A stretch of 64,000 nt of DNA from Candidatus Eiseniibacteriota bacterium (GCA_963717935.1 CAVQXP010000004.1:960001-1024000); one strand, 5' to 3'. Shown: positions 50,276 to 60,452, numbered from the stretch's first letter. Notes: generated by a model not told the origin, from the letters alone. Translations and numbers: made by a program.

Positions 50276-50617
50276 ATGCTCACGATCACCGACGCCGCCA
50301 GCCGCAAGCTCACCGAGGTCATCCGCCAGCAGGGCGAGCACGGCGGCGAGGTCTACGGTCTCCGCCTGAGCGCCGCCCCCGGCTGCTGCTCGGGCGCCCA
50401 GTACGGCATGTCGCTCGCGAAGCAGGCCGAACAGGGCGACTGGGAGGCCGAGTTCGGCGGCGTGAAGGTGCTGGTGGACCCCGAGAGCGCTCCGTTCCTC
50501 AAGGGCGTGTCCATCGACTACGTCGAGACGCCCGAGGGCTCGGGCTTCACCATCAAGAACCCGAACGCCGTCGAGAATCCCGAGGGCGGCTGCGGGTCCG
50601 GCTGTTCCTGCGGTTGA
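50276..50617 (+). CDS. A-type Fe-S carrier (IscA/ErpA/HesB family)
   Basis: LTITDAA, GCCSGAQY, VLVDPES..IDY..GF.I.NPN, C-terminal CGSGCSCG. Confidence 0.9.
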   Translation: MLTITDAASRKLTEVIRQQGEHGGEVYGLRLSAAPGCCSGAQYGMSLAKQAEQGDWEAEFGGVKVLVDPESAPFLKGVSIDYVETPEGSGFTIKNPNAVENPEGGCGSGCSCG

Positions 50618-50627
50618 GGAGACGGCG

Positions 50628-51773
50628 TTGACCACCTCCCCGGATCCCGGATCGCGCGCGCTGCCCTTCGCCGGGTTCGCCGCGCTCCCGGCGGGGGAGA
50701 TCCGCGAGCGCATCCAGGCCGCGAAGCGCAAGCTCGGGCCGCGCCTCGTCATCCTGGGACACCACTACCAGCGTGAGAGCGTGGTCGAGTTCGCCGACTT
50801 CCGCGGCGATTCCCTCAAGCTCTCGCAGCTGGCCGCGGGCCAGCAGAAGGCGGAGTTCATCGTCTTCTGCGGTGTTCACTTCATGGCCGAGTCCGCCGAC
50901 ATCCTGCGCCGCCGGGGGCAGTCCGTGCTCCTGCCCGACCTCAAGGCCGGTTGCTCGATGGCCGACATGGCCGGCGGCGAGGACGTGGAGGAGGCCTGGG
51001 AGCGGCTCGTCGCGGCGCACGGCGACACGCTGCTGCCCGTCACCTACATGAACTCGACGGCCGAGCTGAAGGCCTTCTGCGGGGCGCGCGGGGGCGTGGT
51101 CTGCACCTCGTCCAACGCCCGCGCCGTGCTCGAATGGGCCTGGGAGCGCAGGCCGCGCGTGTTCTTCTTCCCCGACCAGCACCTCGGCCGCAACACCGCC
51201 TTCGCCATGGGCGTGCCGCTCGAGCACATGACCGAATGGGACTGGCGGTTCGAGGACCTGGACCACGTCAACGCCCCCTGCTACGAGGCGGACCGGCGTC
51301 TCATCCTGTGGCGGGGTTTCTGTTCCGTGCACACGAAGTTCACGAAGCAGGAGGTGGACGAGGCGCGCGCGGCGGACCCCGGCGTGAAGGTGCTGGTCCA
51401 TCCCGAGTGCCCGTTCGACGTGGTGCGCGCCGCGGACCTGGCCGGCTCGACGGAGTTCATCATCGAGCAGGTGCGGCAGGCGCCGGCCGGCACGCACTGG
51501 GTCATCGGCACCGAGATCAACCTGGTGCGCCGGCTCGCGCTCGAGTACCCGGAGCAGCGGATCCAGTCGCTCCAGAAGAACGTCTGCCCCTGCGCCACCA
51601 TGAACCGCATCGACCCCGCGCACCTGCTGTGGACGCTCGAGAACCTGGTCGAGGGGCACCTCGTCAACGTGGTGCAGGTGCCGGAGACCGTGAAGCACTA
51701 CGCCCGGGTGGCGCTCGACCGGATGCTGAGCCTCAAGGGCCCCGGCGCGTCCGGCCCGATGGCAAGGGACTAG
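50628..51773 (+). CDS. nadA: Quinolinate synthase A
   Basis: ILGHHYQ, GDSL, FCGVHFMAE, AGCSMA, CTSSNA, VHPEC, CPCATM. Confidence 0.96.
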   Translation: MTTSPDPGSRALPFAGFAALPAGEIRERIQAAKRKLGPRLVILGHHYQRESVVEFADFRGDSLKLSQLAAGQQKAEFIVFCGVHFMAESADILRRRGQSVLLPDLKAGCSMADMAGGEDVEEAWERLVAAHGDTLLPVTYMNSTAELKAFCGARGGVVCTSSNARAVLEWAWERRPRVFFFPDQHLGRNTAFAMGVPLEHMTEWDWRFEDLDHVNAPCYEADRRLILWRGFCSVHTKFTKQEVDEARAADPGVKVLVHPECPFDVVRAADLAGSTEFIIEQVRQAPAGTHWVIGTEINLVRRLALEYPEQRIQSLQKNVCPCATMNRIDPAHLLWTLENLVEGHLVNVVQVPETVKHYARVALDRMLSLKGPGASGPMARD

Positions 51774-51775
51774 AC

Positions 51776-52714
51776 GTGCCCGACGAACCGGTGAAGCCGG
51801 AGGCGCCGGCCGGCGCCGGGGTCGCGGGGCCCGGCTTCCGCCGGCTCCCGCCCTGGCTCAAGACCGCGCTGCCGGGCCGGGGCGAGTACGCGGAGACCCG
51901 CGCCCTGCTGCGCGCGCAGCGCCTGGCCACGGTGTGCGAGGACGCCCGCTGCCCCAACCTGGGCCACTGCTGGGAGCGCGGCACGGCGACCATCATGATC
52001 CTGGGCGAGTCGTGCACGCGGCGCTGCGGTTTCTGCGCCGTGGGCCCGGGCAAGCCCGATGGCTTCGTGGACTGGGATGAACCGCGCCGCGTGGGAGAGG
52101 CCGTGGCCGCGATGGGCCTGCGGCACACGGTCATCACGTCGGTGACCCGCGACGACCTGAAGGACGGCGGGAGCACGATCTTCGCGATGGTGGTCCGCGA
52201 GATCCGCCAGCGCTCGCAGGCCGCGATCGAGGTGCTCATCCCCGATTTCCTCGGGCACGCCGAAGACCTGCAGCGGGTGATCGAGGCCCGGCCCGACGTC
52301 ATCAACCACAACGTCGAGACGGTCGAGCGCCTGCACCCGACGGTGCGCCCGAGCGCGCGCTACCACCGCTCGCTCGAGGTCCTGCGGCGGGTGCGGGAGA
52401 GCGGTGCGGGGATCAAGACCAAGTCGGGGATCATGCTCGGCCTGGGCGAGACCGACGAGGAGGTCGAGCAGACGCTCGTGGACCTGCGCGCGCACGGCTG
52501 CGACCTGCTCACGATCGGCCAGTACCTGCGGCCGGCGCCGGACCGCCTGCCGGTGGTCGAGTACGTGCACCCGGACAAGTTCGCCTTCTGGAGATCGCGC
52601 GCGGCCACGCTGGGCTTCGAGAACACGGCGAGCGGCCCGCTGGTGCGCTCCTCGTTCCACGCGGACGAACTGGCGGGAACGGTGCGCGCGGGGGAGTCGA
52701 GCCGGCCGGCGTAG
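51776..52714 (+). CDS. lipA: Lipoyl synthase
   Basis: CEDARCPNLGHC, CTRRCGFC, PLVRSSFHA. Confidence 0.96.
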   Translation: MPDEPVKPEAPAGAGVAGPGFRRLPPWLKTALPGRGEYAETRALLRAQRLATVCEDARCPNLGHCWERGTATIMILGESCTRRCGFCAVGPGKPDGFVDWDEPRRVGEAVAAMGLRHTVITSVTRDDLKDGGSTIFAMVVREIRQRSQAAIEVLIPDFLGHAEDLQRVIEARPDVINHNVETVERLHPTVRPSARYHRSLEVLRRVRESGAGIKTKSGIMLGLGETDEEVEQTLVDLRAHGCDLLTIGQYLRPAPDRLPVVEYVHPDKFAFWRSRAATLGFENTASGPLVRSSFHADELAGTVRAGESSRPA

Positions 52715-52737
52715 CGCGTCGGGCCCGGTCCGGCGGT

Positions 52738-53223
52738 TCAGGCCGGCTCGAGGTCCTCGGGCGCCAGGGTCAGCAGGATCCGCCCGCTCCCCGGGCCCAT
52801 CCCCCGCGGGCAATGGATCCTCACGAGCATCCCCGGGGAGAGGCCCTGCTCGACGCCGGTCAGGTAGCCGGCCAGTTGGCCGAGAAGCGGCTGGTGCCCG
52901 ACGACGAGGATGTGGCCCGCCGTCACGCCCTGCCCGGTGAGCGCGTCCAGCACCTCCGGGGGCTCGCGCTCGGGCTCGAGGGCGCCGAGGATCTCGACCG
53001 CGACCGGCGGAGCGGCCGCCCGCGCCACGATCCCGGCGCTCTGCTGCGCACGCGCGTAGGGGCTCGAGAAGGCCCGGTCGGGGCGCCAGGCCTCGTCGGC
53101 GAGGTGCGTGGCGAGCGACGCGAGCCCGCGCACGCCCGCGGGCGAGAGGGCGCGCTGGCGGTCGCCGGCCGCCCCCGCGGGGAGCGCCTGGCCGTGCCTG
53201 AGGAGGTCGAGGACGATGGCCAC
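52738..53223 (-). CDS. sixA: SixA-type phosphohistidine phosphatase
   Basis: LLRHGQA, D..R.LS..G, SSPYARAQQSA, LVVGHQP. Confidence 0.8.
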   Translation of the reverse strand: MAIVLDLLRHGQALPAGAAGDRQRALSPAGVRGLASLATHLADEAWRPDRAFSSPYARAQQSAGIVARAAAPPVAVEILGALEPEREPPEVLDALTGQGVTAGHILVVGHQPLLGQLAGYLTGVEQGLSPGMLVRIHCPRGMGPGSGRILLTLAPEDLEPA

Positions 53224-53400
53224 GGCCCGAGCGTCGCGGGGGCGAAGCAGGTTGTCAAGGTCGGGCGTTGGGCCCGGCGCTCGGATCCCGCGCCACGCCG
53301 TCCGGAGGGCCCCCCACCGGTTGCGGCCCCGGGTGGCGTCCGATAGGTTCACGCGTGAGCCTTGTCCGTGGCCGCCTGACTCCGGGAGCGCGCCTTCCCC

Positions 53401-56400
53401 ATGACCAGCCGATTCCTCGACCTGCTGCGCGAGCGCGTACTGTTCTTCGACGGTGCCATGGGCACCCAGCTGCAGGCGCGCGAGCTGAAGGCCGGCGATT
53501 TCGGCGGTGCGCGCTGGGAGGGCTGCTTCGACCACCTCTCGCTGACCCGGCCGGACGTGGTCGAGGACGTGCACGCCGCCTACTTCGAGGCCGGCGCCGA
53601 CGTGGTCGAGACCAACTCCTTCCAGGCCTCGCGCGTGCGCCTCGAGGAATGGGGCCTCGGTGAGAAGACGCTCGAGCTGAACCGTGCGGCGGCGGCCATC
53701 GCGCGCCGCGTGGCGGACCGCTTCGAGCGCGCCGACGGCCGCCCGCGCTTCGCCGCGGGCTCGATGGGGCCCTCGGGCTACCTGCCCTCGTCGGAGGACC
53801 CGGAACTGGGCCGGCTCGGGCTCGAGGACCTGGTGGCCGCCTTCCTGCCCCAGGCGCAGGGCCTGGTCGAGGGTGGCGCCGACCTGCTCATCCTCGAGAC
53901 CAGCCAGGACATGCTCGAGCTGAAGGCGCAGATCCTGGCCGCGCGCGAGGCCTTCGCCGCCACCGGCCGGCGCCTGCCGCTGCAGTGCTCGGTCACGCTC
54001 GATCCGGCCGGACGCATGCTGCTCGGCACCGACATCGGAGCGGCGCTGGCGACGCTCGAGGCCATGGGGGCCGAGATCGTCGGTCTCAACTGCTCGACCG
54101 GCCCCGACCTGATGCGCGACGCGGTGCGCCACCTGGCGCAGAACGCCGGCACGTTCCTGCACGTCATCCCGAACGCGGGGCTGCCCATCAACGACGGCGG
54201 GCGCACCGTGTTCCCGATGCAGCCGGGCCCGATGGCCGGGGTGCTGCGCGAGTTCGTCGAGGAGTTCGGCATCAACCTCGTGGGCGGCTGCTGCGGCACC
54301 ACGCCCGAGCACACGCGCGCGATGGTCGCCGCCATCGGCCGGCGCGCGCCGGGGAAGCGCCCCGGCCGCTCCGGCTGGTCGCTCTCGAGCGGCATGACCG
54401 CGACCGCGCTGAGGCAGGAGCCGCGCCCGCTGCTGATCGGCGAGCGGCTCAACACCCAGGGCTCGCGCAAGGTCAAGGCCCTGGCGCTCGAGGACCGGAT
54501 CGAGGACATGGTCCCGATCGCGCGCAGCCAGGTCGAGGGCGGGGCGCACGTGCTGGACGTGTGCATGGCGTTGACCGAGCGCACGGACGAGGCCGCCATG
54601 CTGCGCCGGCTCACCCGCAAGCTCTCGCTCTCGGTCGAGGCCCCGCTGTGCTTCGACTCGACCGAGCCGCGCGCGCTCGAAGAGGCGCTCAAGGCCTGCC
54701 CGGGCGCGGCGCTGGTCAACTCCATCAACCTGGAGAACGGCCGCGAGCGCGTGGACGCCGTGATGCCGCTGGTCGTGAAGTACGGCGCCGCGGTCATCGC
54801 GCTGACCATCGACGAGCAGGGCATGGCGAAGAGCGCCGGGCGCAAGCTCGAGGTGGCGCGCCGCCTCCACGACCTCGTGACCCGCGAGTACGGGCTCCCC
54901 GCGGAGCGGCTGGTGTTCGACCCGCTCACCTTCACGCTGGCGACCGGCGACGCCGAGTTCCAGCGCTCGGCCCTCGACACGCTCGAGGGCATCCGCGCCA
55001 TCAAGGCCGCGCTGCCCGGCGTGCTCACCAGCCTCGGTGTCTCGAACGTCTCCTTCGGGCTCTCGAAGGAGACGCGTGCGGTGCTCAACTCCGTGTTCCT
55101 CTACCACGCGGTGCGGGCGGGGCTCGACATGGCCATCGTGAACCCGGCCGACATCACGCCCTATGCGGATCTCGCGGAAGACGACCGGCGGCTGGCCGAG
55201 GACCTGATCCTCGACCGCGATCCGCAGGCGCTCTCGAAGCTCATCGCTCACCTGGACGGCCGCTCGCCGGCCCTGCGCGTGCGCCAGGACGAGGCCGGGG
55301 AGGCCCTGCTGCCCGTCGAGCAGCGCATCCACCAGCAGATCCTCCACCGCCGGCCCGCGGGGATCGAGGCGCTGGTGGACGAGGCGGTGACGCGGCAGGA
55401 CGCCGTGACGGTGCTGAACAGCGTGCTGCTCCCCGCCATGAAGGAGGTGGGGGACAAGTTCGGCTCGGGCGAACTGATCCTGCCCTTCGTGCTGCAGAGC
55501 GCCGAGGTCATGAAGAAGGCCGTCGCCCGGCTCGAGACCTACCTCGAGCGGAACGCCGACGTCACGAAGGGCCGCGTGGTGCTGGCCACGGTCCACGGCG
55601 ACGTGCACGACATCGGCAAGAACCTGGTGAAGACCATCCTCTCGAACAACGGCTACACGGTGATCGACCTGGGCAAGCAGGTGCCGGTGCAGACCATCCT
55701 CGCGAAGGCGCAGGAGGTGGGCGCCGACGCCATCGGCCTGTCGGCCCTGCTGGTCTCGACCAGCAGGCAGATGCCCGCGTGCGTGGCGGAGCTGCACCGC
55801 GCCGGGCTCCCGTACCCCGTGCTCATCGGCGGCGCCGCCATCAACCGCAACTTCGGCCGGCGTGCCGCGCTGGTGGGCGACGAGCACGTCTACGAGCCGG
55901 GCGTGTACTACTGCAAGGACGCCTTCGAAGGCCTGGACACCATGAACGCGCTCATGGACCCGGCGCAGCGGGCGGCGCTGGTGGGGCGTGTGCGGAGTGA
56001 AGCGCTCGAGTTCCGCGCGAAGGCGCCCGGGCTCGCGGCGCGAGAGGCGGCGGCGGCGGCGAAGCAGGGCGACTTCCGGGTGAAGGTGTCGCGGGAGGCC
56101 GCCATCCCCGTGCCGCCCTTCTGGGGCGCGCGCGTCACGCCCACGAGCGGGGTCCCGTTCGCCGGGATGTTCGCCGGGATGGACCTGAAGACCCTCTACC
56201 GCCTGCACTGGGGCGCGCGTGGCAGCGGCGCGGAGTACGAGCGGCTCATCCGCGAGGACTTCGAGCCGCGGCGCCTGCGGCTCGAGCGCGAGGCCGAGAC
56301 GCGGGGCTGGCTCGAGCCGCGCGCCGTCTACGGCTACTTCCCCTGCCAGAGCGAGGGGCAGGACCTGGTCGTCTACGATCCGGCCGCATTCGCCCCCGGC

Positions 56401-56895
56401 GCGCCCGGCCCGCGGGGCAAGATCGAGGAACGGGTGCGCTTCACCTTCCCGCGCCAGGCCGGCCGCGAGGGGCTCTGCCTCTCGGACTATTTCCTGCCGG
56501 TCGAGAGCAGCCGCTTCGACGTGGTCGCCTTCCAGGTGGTGACCGTGGGAAGCGGCGTGGACGAGCTGGGCGAGCGCCTGAACGCGGCGGGCGAGTACGC
56601 CGAGGCGCTCTTCACGCACGGCCTCGGCGTCTCCGCCGCCGAGGGGCTCGCCGAGTGGCACCACCGCAAGGTGCGCGCGGAGCTGGCGCTCGGTGAGGAG
56701 CGTGGCAAGCGCTACTCGTTCGGCTACAGCGCCTGCCCGGACCTCGCCGACCAGCAGAAGCTCTTCCGCCTGCTGGCGCCCGAGAGCGCGATCGGCGTGA
56801 CGCTGACCAGCGCCTGGCAGCTCGTGCCCGAAGCGAGCACCTCGGCGATCATCGTCCACCACTCCGAGGCCATGTACTACATGGTGCGGGAGTAG
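53401..56895 (+). CDS. metH: Cobalamin-dependent methionine synthase
   Basis: DGAMGT, GLNC, GGCCGT, IGERLN, B12-binding DVHDIGKN, RYSFGYSACPD. Confidence 0.97.
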   Translation: MTSRFLDLLRERVLFFDGAMGTQLQARELKAGDFGGARWEGCFDHLSLTRPDVVEDVHAAYFEAGADVVETNSFQASRVRLEEWGLGEKTLELNRAAAAIARRVADRFERADGRPRFAAGSMGPSGYLPSSEDPELGRLGLEDLVAAFLPQAQGLVEGGADLLILETSQDMLELKAQILAAREAFAATGRRLPLQCSVTLDPAGRMLLGTDIGAALATLEAMGAEIVGLNCSTGPDLMRDAVRHLAQNAGTFLHVIPNAGLPINDGGRTVFPMQPGPMAGVLREFVEEFGINLVGGCCGTTPEHTRAMVAAIGRRAPGKRPGRSGWSLSSGMTATALRQEPRPLLIGERLNTQGSRKVKALALEDRIEDMVPIARSQVEGGAHVLDVCMALTERTDEAAMLRRLTRKLSLSVEAPLCFDSTEPRALEEALKACPGAALVNSINLENGRERVDAVMPLVVKYGAAVIALTIDEQGMAKSAGRKLEVARRLHDLVTREYGLPAERLVFDPLTFTLATGDAEFQRSALDTLEGIRAIKAALPGVLTSLGVSNVSFGLSKETRAVLNSVFLYHAVRAGLDMAIVNPADITPYADLAEDDRRLAEDLILDRDPQALSKLIAHLDGRSPALRVRQDEAGEALLPVEQRIHQQILHRRPAGIEALVDEAVTRQDAVTVLNSVLLPAMKEVGDKFGSGELILPFVLQSAEVMKKAVARLETYLERNADVTKGRVVLATVHGDVHDIGKNLVKTILSNNGYTVIDLGKQVPVQTILAKAQEVGADAIGLSALLVSTSRQMPACVAELHRAGLPYPVLIGGAAINRNFGRRAALVGDEHVYEPGVYYCKDAFEGLDTMNALMDPAQRAALVGRVRSEALEFRAKAPGLAAREAAAAAKQGDFRVKVSREAAIPVPPFWGARVTPTSGVPFAGMFAGMDLKTLYRLHWGARGSGAEYERLIREDFEPRRLRLEREAETRGWLEPRAVYGYFPCQSEGQDLVVYDPAAFAPGAPGPRGKIEERVRFTFPRQAGREGLCLSDYFLPVESSRFDVVAFQVVTVGSGVDELGERLNAAGEYAEALFTHGLGVSAAEGLAEWHHRKVRAELALGEERGKRYSFGYSACPDLADQQKLFRLLAPESAIGVTLTSAWQLVPEASTSAIIVHHSEAMYYMVRE

Positions 56896-56994
56896 GGTAG
56901 ACTCCCCTGGCATCGCCCCACCCGGAGTGATTCCCCGATGCCTCCGTCCGTGCCCCAGGACCCGATGTCGCCCCCGCACGAGGAGAAGAACCAC

Positions 56995-57201
56995 ATGACG
57001 TTCCGCGTCGAGGTCGAACGGGAGACCGACGGCCGCTGGCTTGCCGAGATCCTTGAGCTGCCGGGCGTGCTGGCCTACGGGCCTTCCGCAGCGGAAGCCG
57101 GAGCAAGGGCCCAGGCGCTGGCGCTTCGCGTCGTGGCCGACCGGCTGGAACACGGCGAGGCCGGCCCGGACCTGCTGAGCATCTCCTTCACCGCCGCCTG
57201 A
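56995..57201 (+). CDS. hicB: HicB-family antitoxin (short, no DNA-binding domain)
   Basis: SD GAGGAG; EVERETDGRWLAEILELPGVLAYG..EA. Confidence 0.82.
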   Translation: MTFRVEVERETDGRWLAEILELPGVLAYGPSAAEAGARAQALALRVVADRLEHGEAGPDLLSISFTAA

Positions 57202-57410
57202 TGCGATGGGGGAGCGCCCCCGCACGCCAGGTCCTCTCGGCCCTGCTGAGGACGGGGTGGATCATCAAGAGATCGTCCGGGTCCCACTTCGTCCTCGCCC
57301 GGCCCGGATGGGCGGACTTCGTCTTCGCCTTCCACCATCGCGAGGAGATCGGTCCGCGCATGCTCTCGAGGATCGCGAAGCACACGGGGTTGCGGCCCGA
57401 TGACCTCTGA
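57201..57410 (+). CDS. hicA: HicA-family mRNase toxin
   Basis: LLRTGW...RSSGSH, FH..EEIGPRML.RI.K..GL; TGATG coupling with hicB. Confidence 0.85.
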   Translation: MRWGSAPARQVLSALLRTGWIIKRSSGSHFVLARPGWADFVFAFHHREEIGPRMLSRIAKHTGLRPDDL

Positions 57411-57469
57411 CCCGGCGGGATGATCCGGGGATTGCCACGCGTGGGCGATTCCGTGCTAGCCTTTGCGCC

Positions 57470-58093
57470 ATGCGCATCGAACCGGTGACGCTCGAAGGCG
57501 CGCACGTCCGGCTCGAACCGCTCTCGCTCGAGCGGCACGCCGATGGGCTGCTCGAGATCGGCCTCGACCCGGAGTTGTGGCGCTGGACCATCGTGAAGGT
57601 CGAGACGGCCGCGGACCTGCGCCGCTACCTCGAGAGGGCCCTCCAGGACCAGGACGAGGGGCGCGCGCTGCCGTTCGCCACCGTCGAGCGGGCCAGTGGC
57701 CGCATCGTGGGGAGCACGCGCTTCATGGCGATTGCAGTCCCCCACCGGCGCGTCGAGATCGGCTCGACCTGGATCGCGAAGCCCTGGCAGCGCACCACGG
57801 TCAACACCGAGGCCAAGTACCTGATGCTCCGCCACGCCTTCGAGGCCTGGGGCTGCCAGCGGGTCGAACTCAAGACCGACTCCCGCAACGAGCGCTCGCG
57901 GCGGTCCATGCTGCGGCTCGGGTGCGTGGAGGAAGGCACCTACCGCAAGCACCTGGTCACCGAGCGGGGCGAGGTGCGCGACACCGTCTACTACAGCGTC
58001 GTGGACGACGAGTGGCCGGCGGTGAAGGCGCGGCTCGAGGGGCTCCTGCGGGCCCGTGGACCCACGCTGGAGGCGGGCCCGCAGGGCGGCTGA
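57470..58093 (+). CDS. GNAT (RimJ/RimL-like) acetyltransferase
   Basis: VEIGSTW..WQRT.VNTEAKYLML.HAFE, RVELKTD.RN.RS, RDTVYYS. Confidence 0.9.
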   Translation: MRIEPVTLEGAHVRLEPLSLERHADGLLEIGLDPELWRWTIVKVETAADLRRYLERALQDQDEGRALPFATVERASGRIVGSTRFMAIAVPHRRVEIGSTWIAKPWQRTTVNTEAKYLMLRHAFEAWGCQRVELKTDSRNERSRRSMLRLGCVEEGTYRKHLVTERGEVRDTVYYSVVDDEWPAVKARLEGLLRARGPTLEAGPQGG

Positions 58094-58099
58094 CGTCGC

Positions 58100-58129
58100 G
58101 CGGCCCGCCCGGTGCTTCGGGCGGGCCGC
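58100..58129. terminator. Hairpin between convergent genes
   Basis: GCGGCCCGCCCG-GTGCTT-CGGGCGGGCCGC. Confidence 0.6.
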
Positions 58130-58145
58130 CGCCGCTTCCGGTCCG

Positions 58146-60452
58146 TCAATCGCCCGTCGGACGCGAGACCGGGAGGTTCGTGGCGGGTGCGGGCCTGGCG
58201 GCCGCCGCGCTGCCAGCGCCCGGATCGCGCTGGAGCTGCCAGGCGCCCTGCAGCACCGCGTCCACCAGCCCGACGCAGTGCTGACGCGACCAGTTCCAGC
58301 AGTCGAACCCGCTGAACACCACCGAGCCGCAGTCGCGGCCACGGTAGAGGGTCATGACGGGGTTGACGATGCGGTCCTTCTCCGGGTGCGCGCCCGGCGG
58401 AGGCAGGTAGTCGCCGGTGGCGACCATGAGCGTGTCGAGCACGGACACGTCCCGGGCGCACCACGGTGCCGGGTTCCAGTCGTCGAGGATGCGGTTGGGC
58501 TTGCTCAGGTACTCGAGATAGAGCCCGCGCACGCTGTACAGCGGGTTGCCGACGTAGAAGTCGCCGGGCGTGCGGAAGGGCCAGATCGGATCGCTCGCCG
58601 GTTGTTTCGGGTACAAGGTCACCGGCAGGAGCCCGACCAGGGAGCCGCTCTGCAGGAACGGGGCCCGGTTGACCCTGAAGAACGACGGACCGAAGCACTT
58701 GAATTCGCTCTGCCAGTGGGCCAGGTCGTACATGAAGCGGCCAGGGCCCAGGTCGGGCAGCGTGCCGAACGACGAGTAGGTCCGCGTCTGGTTGGAGTCG
58801 TTGAGCATGCTGTTCCAGGCAGCGCTCGTCGCGTTGCCGAAGCCCCCGCCCACCGCCCAGAGCTTCCCGCCGCTCTCGACCCAGGTCGCGAGCGCGCTCT
58901 GCCGGTTCATCGCGGACATGTAGCGCAGGGCCGCTGCGGAGCCCGTGCCATCCACGATCCAGACGATGTGCCGGTAGCGCCCCAGGACTTCGAGCGGGAG
59001 GGTCGGGTCGGCCAGGTCCCGCCGCGTGCCCAGCGTATCGAACCGGTAGCCGTGGAAGATCCCCTGTGGGCTCAGGCAGCCCGGCGGCGTCATGCGCCAG
59101 GGCTTCCCGCCGACGGCGAACAGGAACGTGTCCAACTCGGCCGCGGTCGGCCAGGGACCGTACGGGGCCCGGAGCGTGTCGGGCCTCGAGACGGAGACGA
59201 TCTGGTCCGGGTTGAAGCGCGTGTCGTCCACGATCAGCAGGTCGCGGTCGAAGACGGGGTTCACCAGCGTGAACTCCACGACGCCGAGGCTCACCCGCTC
59301 GAGTCGGTCCCGGGCCTCGACGTAGAGCCGGTGCGTGCCGGTCAGGCGGTGCACGCCGGTCTGGTCCAGCGTGGCGGAGGTGGTGGCGAGATCCCACGCG
59401 CTCCAGTGCGCCAGGTCGAACCGGCCGCGCCGCGGGGTCTCGTCGTAGACGTCGGCGATGTCGAGCGCCCAGCGATAGCCGCTGGCCGCGTTGCCGTACC
59501 AGTTCACGGTCAACGGCCGGAGTGCGGATGCCTGGATGCGGACCACCTGGCTCGAATCCACGGCGTCGGGGGGCAAGCCCCACGCGTACTGGTAGTAGAA
59601 GGTCTCGTTGAACAACGTGAGCCGGGGGCCCGGGGCCCACCCCACGCTCATCAGCAGCACGTTCTTGTCGAGGCTGAAGACCGGGTCGTAGGCCCCGTCC
59701 CTGTCGAGCGCCGTGATGGCGAACAGATACTCCGTGTTGGGCGTGAGGCCCGTCAGCCGGAGGCTCGTCGAGCCGCCGTCGCACGAGTCCCATCCGGCGA
59801 ACGCGGGAGCGAACTGCCGGCGCAGCGAATCGGGGTCGATGAGCCATGCCTGCCAGGGGACCTCGGGGCCGCGCTTCCACAGCTTGTACTTGTACTCCGC
59901 GGGCAGTCCCCGGCGGCCGTCGGGGTCCGAGCCGGTCCAGTGGATCGGGAAGTCGGGAGGCACCGTGGCTGCCAGGAGCCGGCTCGGGTGAGGCGAGGTG
60001 ATCTCCACCGTCGGCGCGACGTTCTCGTCGAACAGCGCGACCGCGGCGGGCTCCGATACCGCGCCGCGGTCGTCCACCGCGCGCACGGCGAAGAACTCGA
60101 AGTCGTCACGGAGGGGCCGCGAGGCCGCGGCGGCGCTGCGCGCAGCGCGGCGGAAGCCGAGCGTCTGCTCGCGCTCGGTGACCGCGGTCCAGCCGCTCTC
60201 CCGGTCCAGGGCGGCGAGTTCCCGGGTCACGAGGTAGTGGTCCACGCGGCCGTCCGGGTCGGTGGCGGTCCAGTGAAGCCGGGCGGTGACGCTCTCGCCG
60301 TCCCCGCCGGAGACGGAGGGGCGCTCGATCCGGACTGCGGGAGGCTGATTCGGCGGCCCGATGGTGCTCTGGAGTCGCTTGCCGCAGCCAGGGGCGACCA
60401 CGGTCACCGCGATCAGGGCACAGAGCGCGGCTGGACGCATGGGATGGAGCAT
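58146..60452 (-). CDS. Large lipoprotein with FN3/Ig-like repeats, same family as 44116..45615
   Basis: SD AAGGAG; VVAPGC lipobox-like; HWTATDPDG, VRAVDDRG, HWTGSDPDG, LLIVDD, WVESGGKL. Confidence 0.72.
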   Translation of the reverse strand: MLHPMRPAALCALIAVTVVAPGCGKRLQSTIGPPNQPPAVRIERPSVSGGDGESVTARLHWTATDPDGRVDHYLVTRELAALDRESGWTAVTEREQTLGFRRAARSAAAASRPLRDDFEFFAVRAVDDRGAVSEPAAVALFDENVAPTVEITSPHPSRLLAATVPPDFPIHWTGSDPDGRRGLPAEYKYKLWKRGPEVPWQAWLIDPDSLRRQFAPAFAGWDSCDGGSTSLRLTGLTPNTEYLFAITALDRDGAYDPVFSLDKNVLLMSVGWAPGPRLTLFNETFYYQYAWGLPPDAVDSSQVVRIQASALRPLTVNWYGNAASGYRWALDIADVYDETPRRGRFDLAHWSAWDLATTSATLDQTGVHRLTGTHRLYVEARDRLERVSLGVVEFTLVNPVFDRDLLIVDDTRFNPDQIVSVSRPDTLRAPYGPWPTAAELDTFLFAVGGKPWRMTPPGCLSPQGIFHGYRFDTLGTRRDLADPTLPLEVLGRYRHIVWIVDGTGSAAALRYMSAMNRQSALATWVESGGKLWAVGGGFGNATSAAWNSMLNDSNQTRTYSSFGTLPDLGPGRFMYDLAHWQSEFKCFGPSFFRVNRAPFLQSGSLVGLLPVTLYPKQPASDPIWPFRTPGDFYVGNPLYSVRGLYLEYLSKPNRILDDWNPAPWCARDVSVLDTLMVATGDYLPPPGAHPEKDRIVNPVMTLYRGRDCGSVVFSGFDCWNWSRQHCVGLVDAVLQGAWQLQRDPGAGSAAAARPAPATNLPVSRPTGD

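Noticed and set aside
50612..50630. Selenocysteine read-through at the TGA of the HesB/IscA gene
   Set aside because: The Cys motif is complete before the TGA, which is followed directly by the SD and start of nadA; no SECIS-like hairpin is evident.
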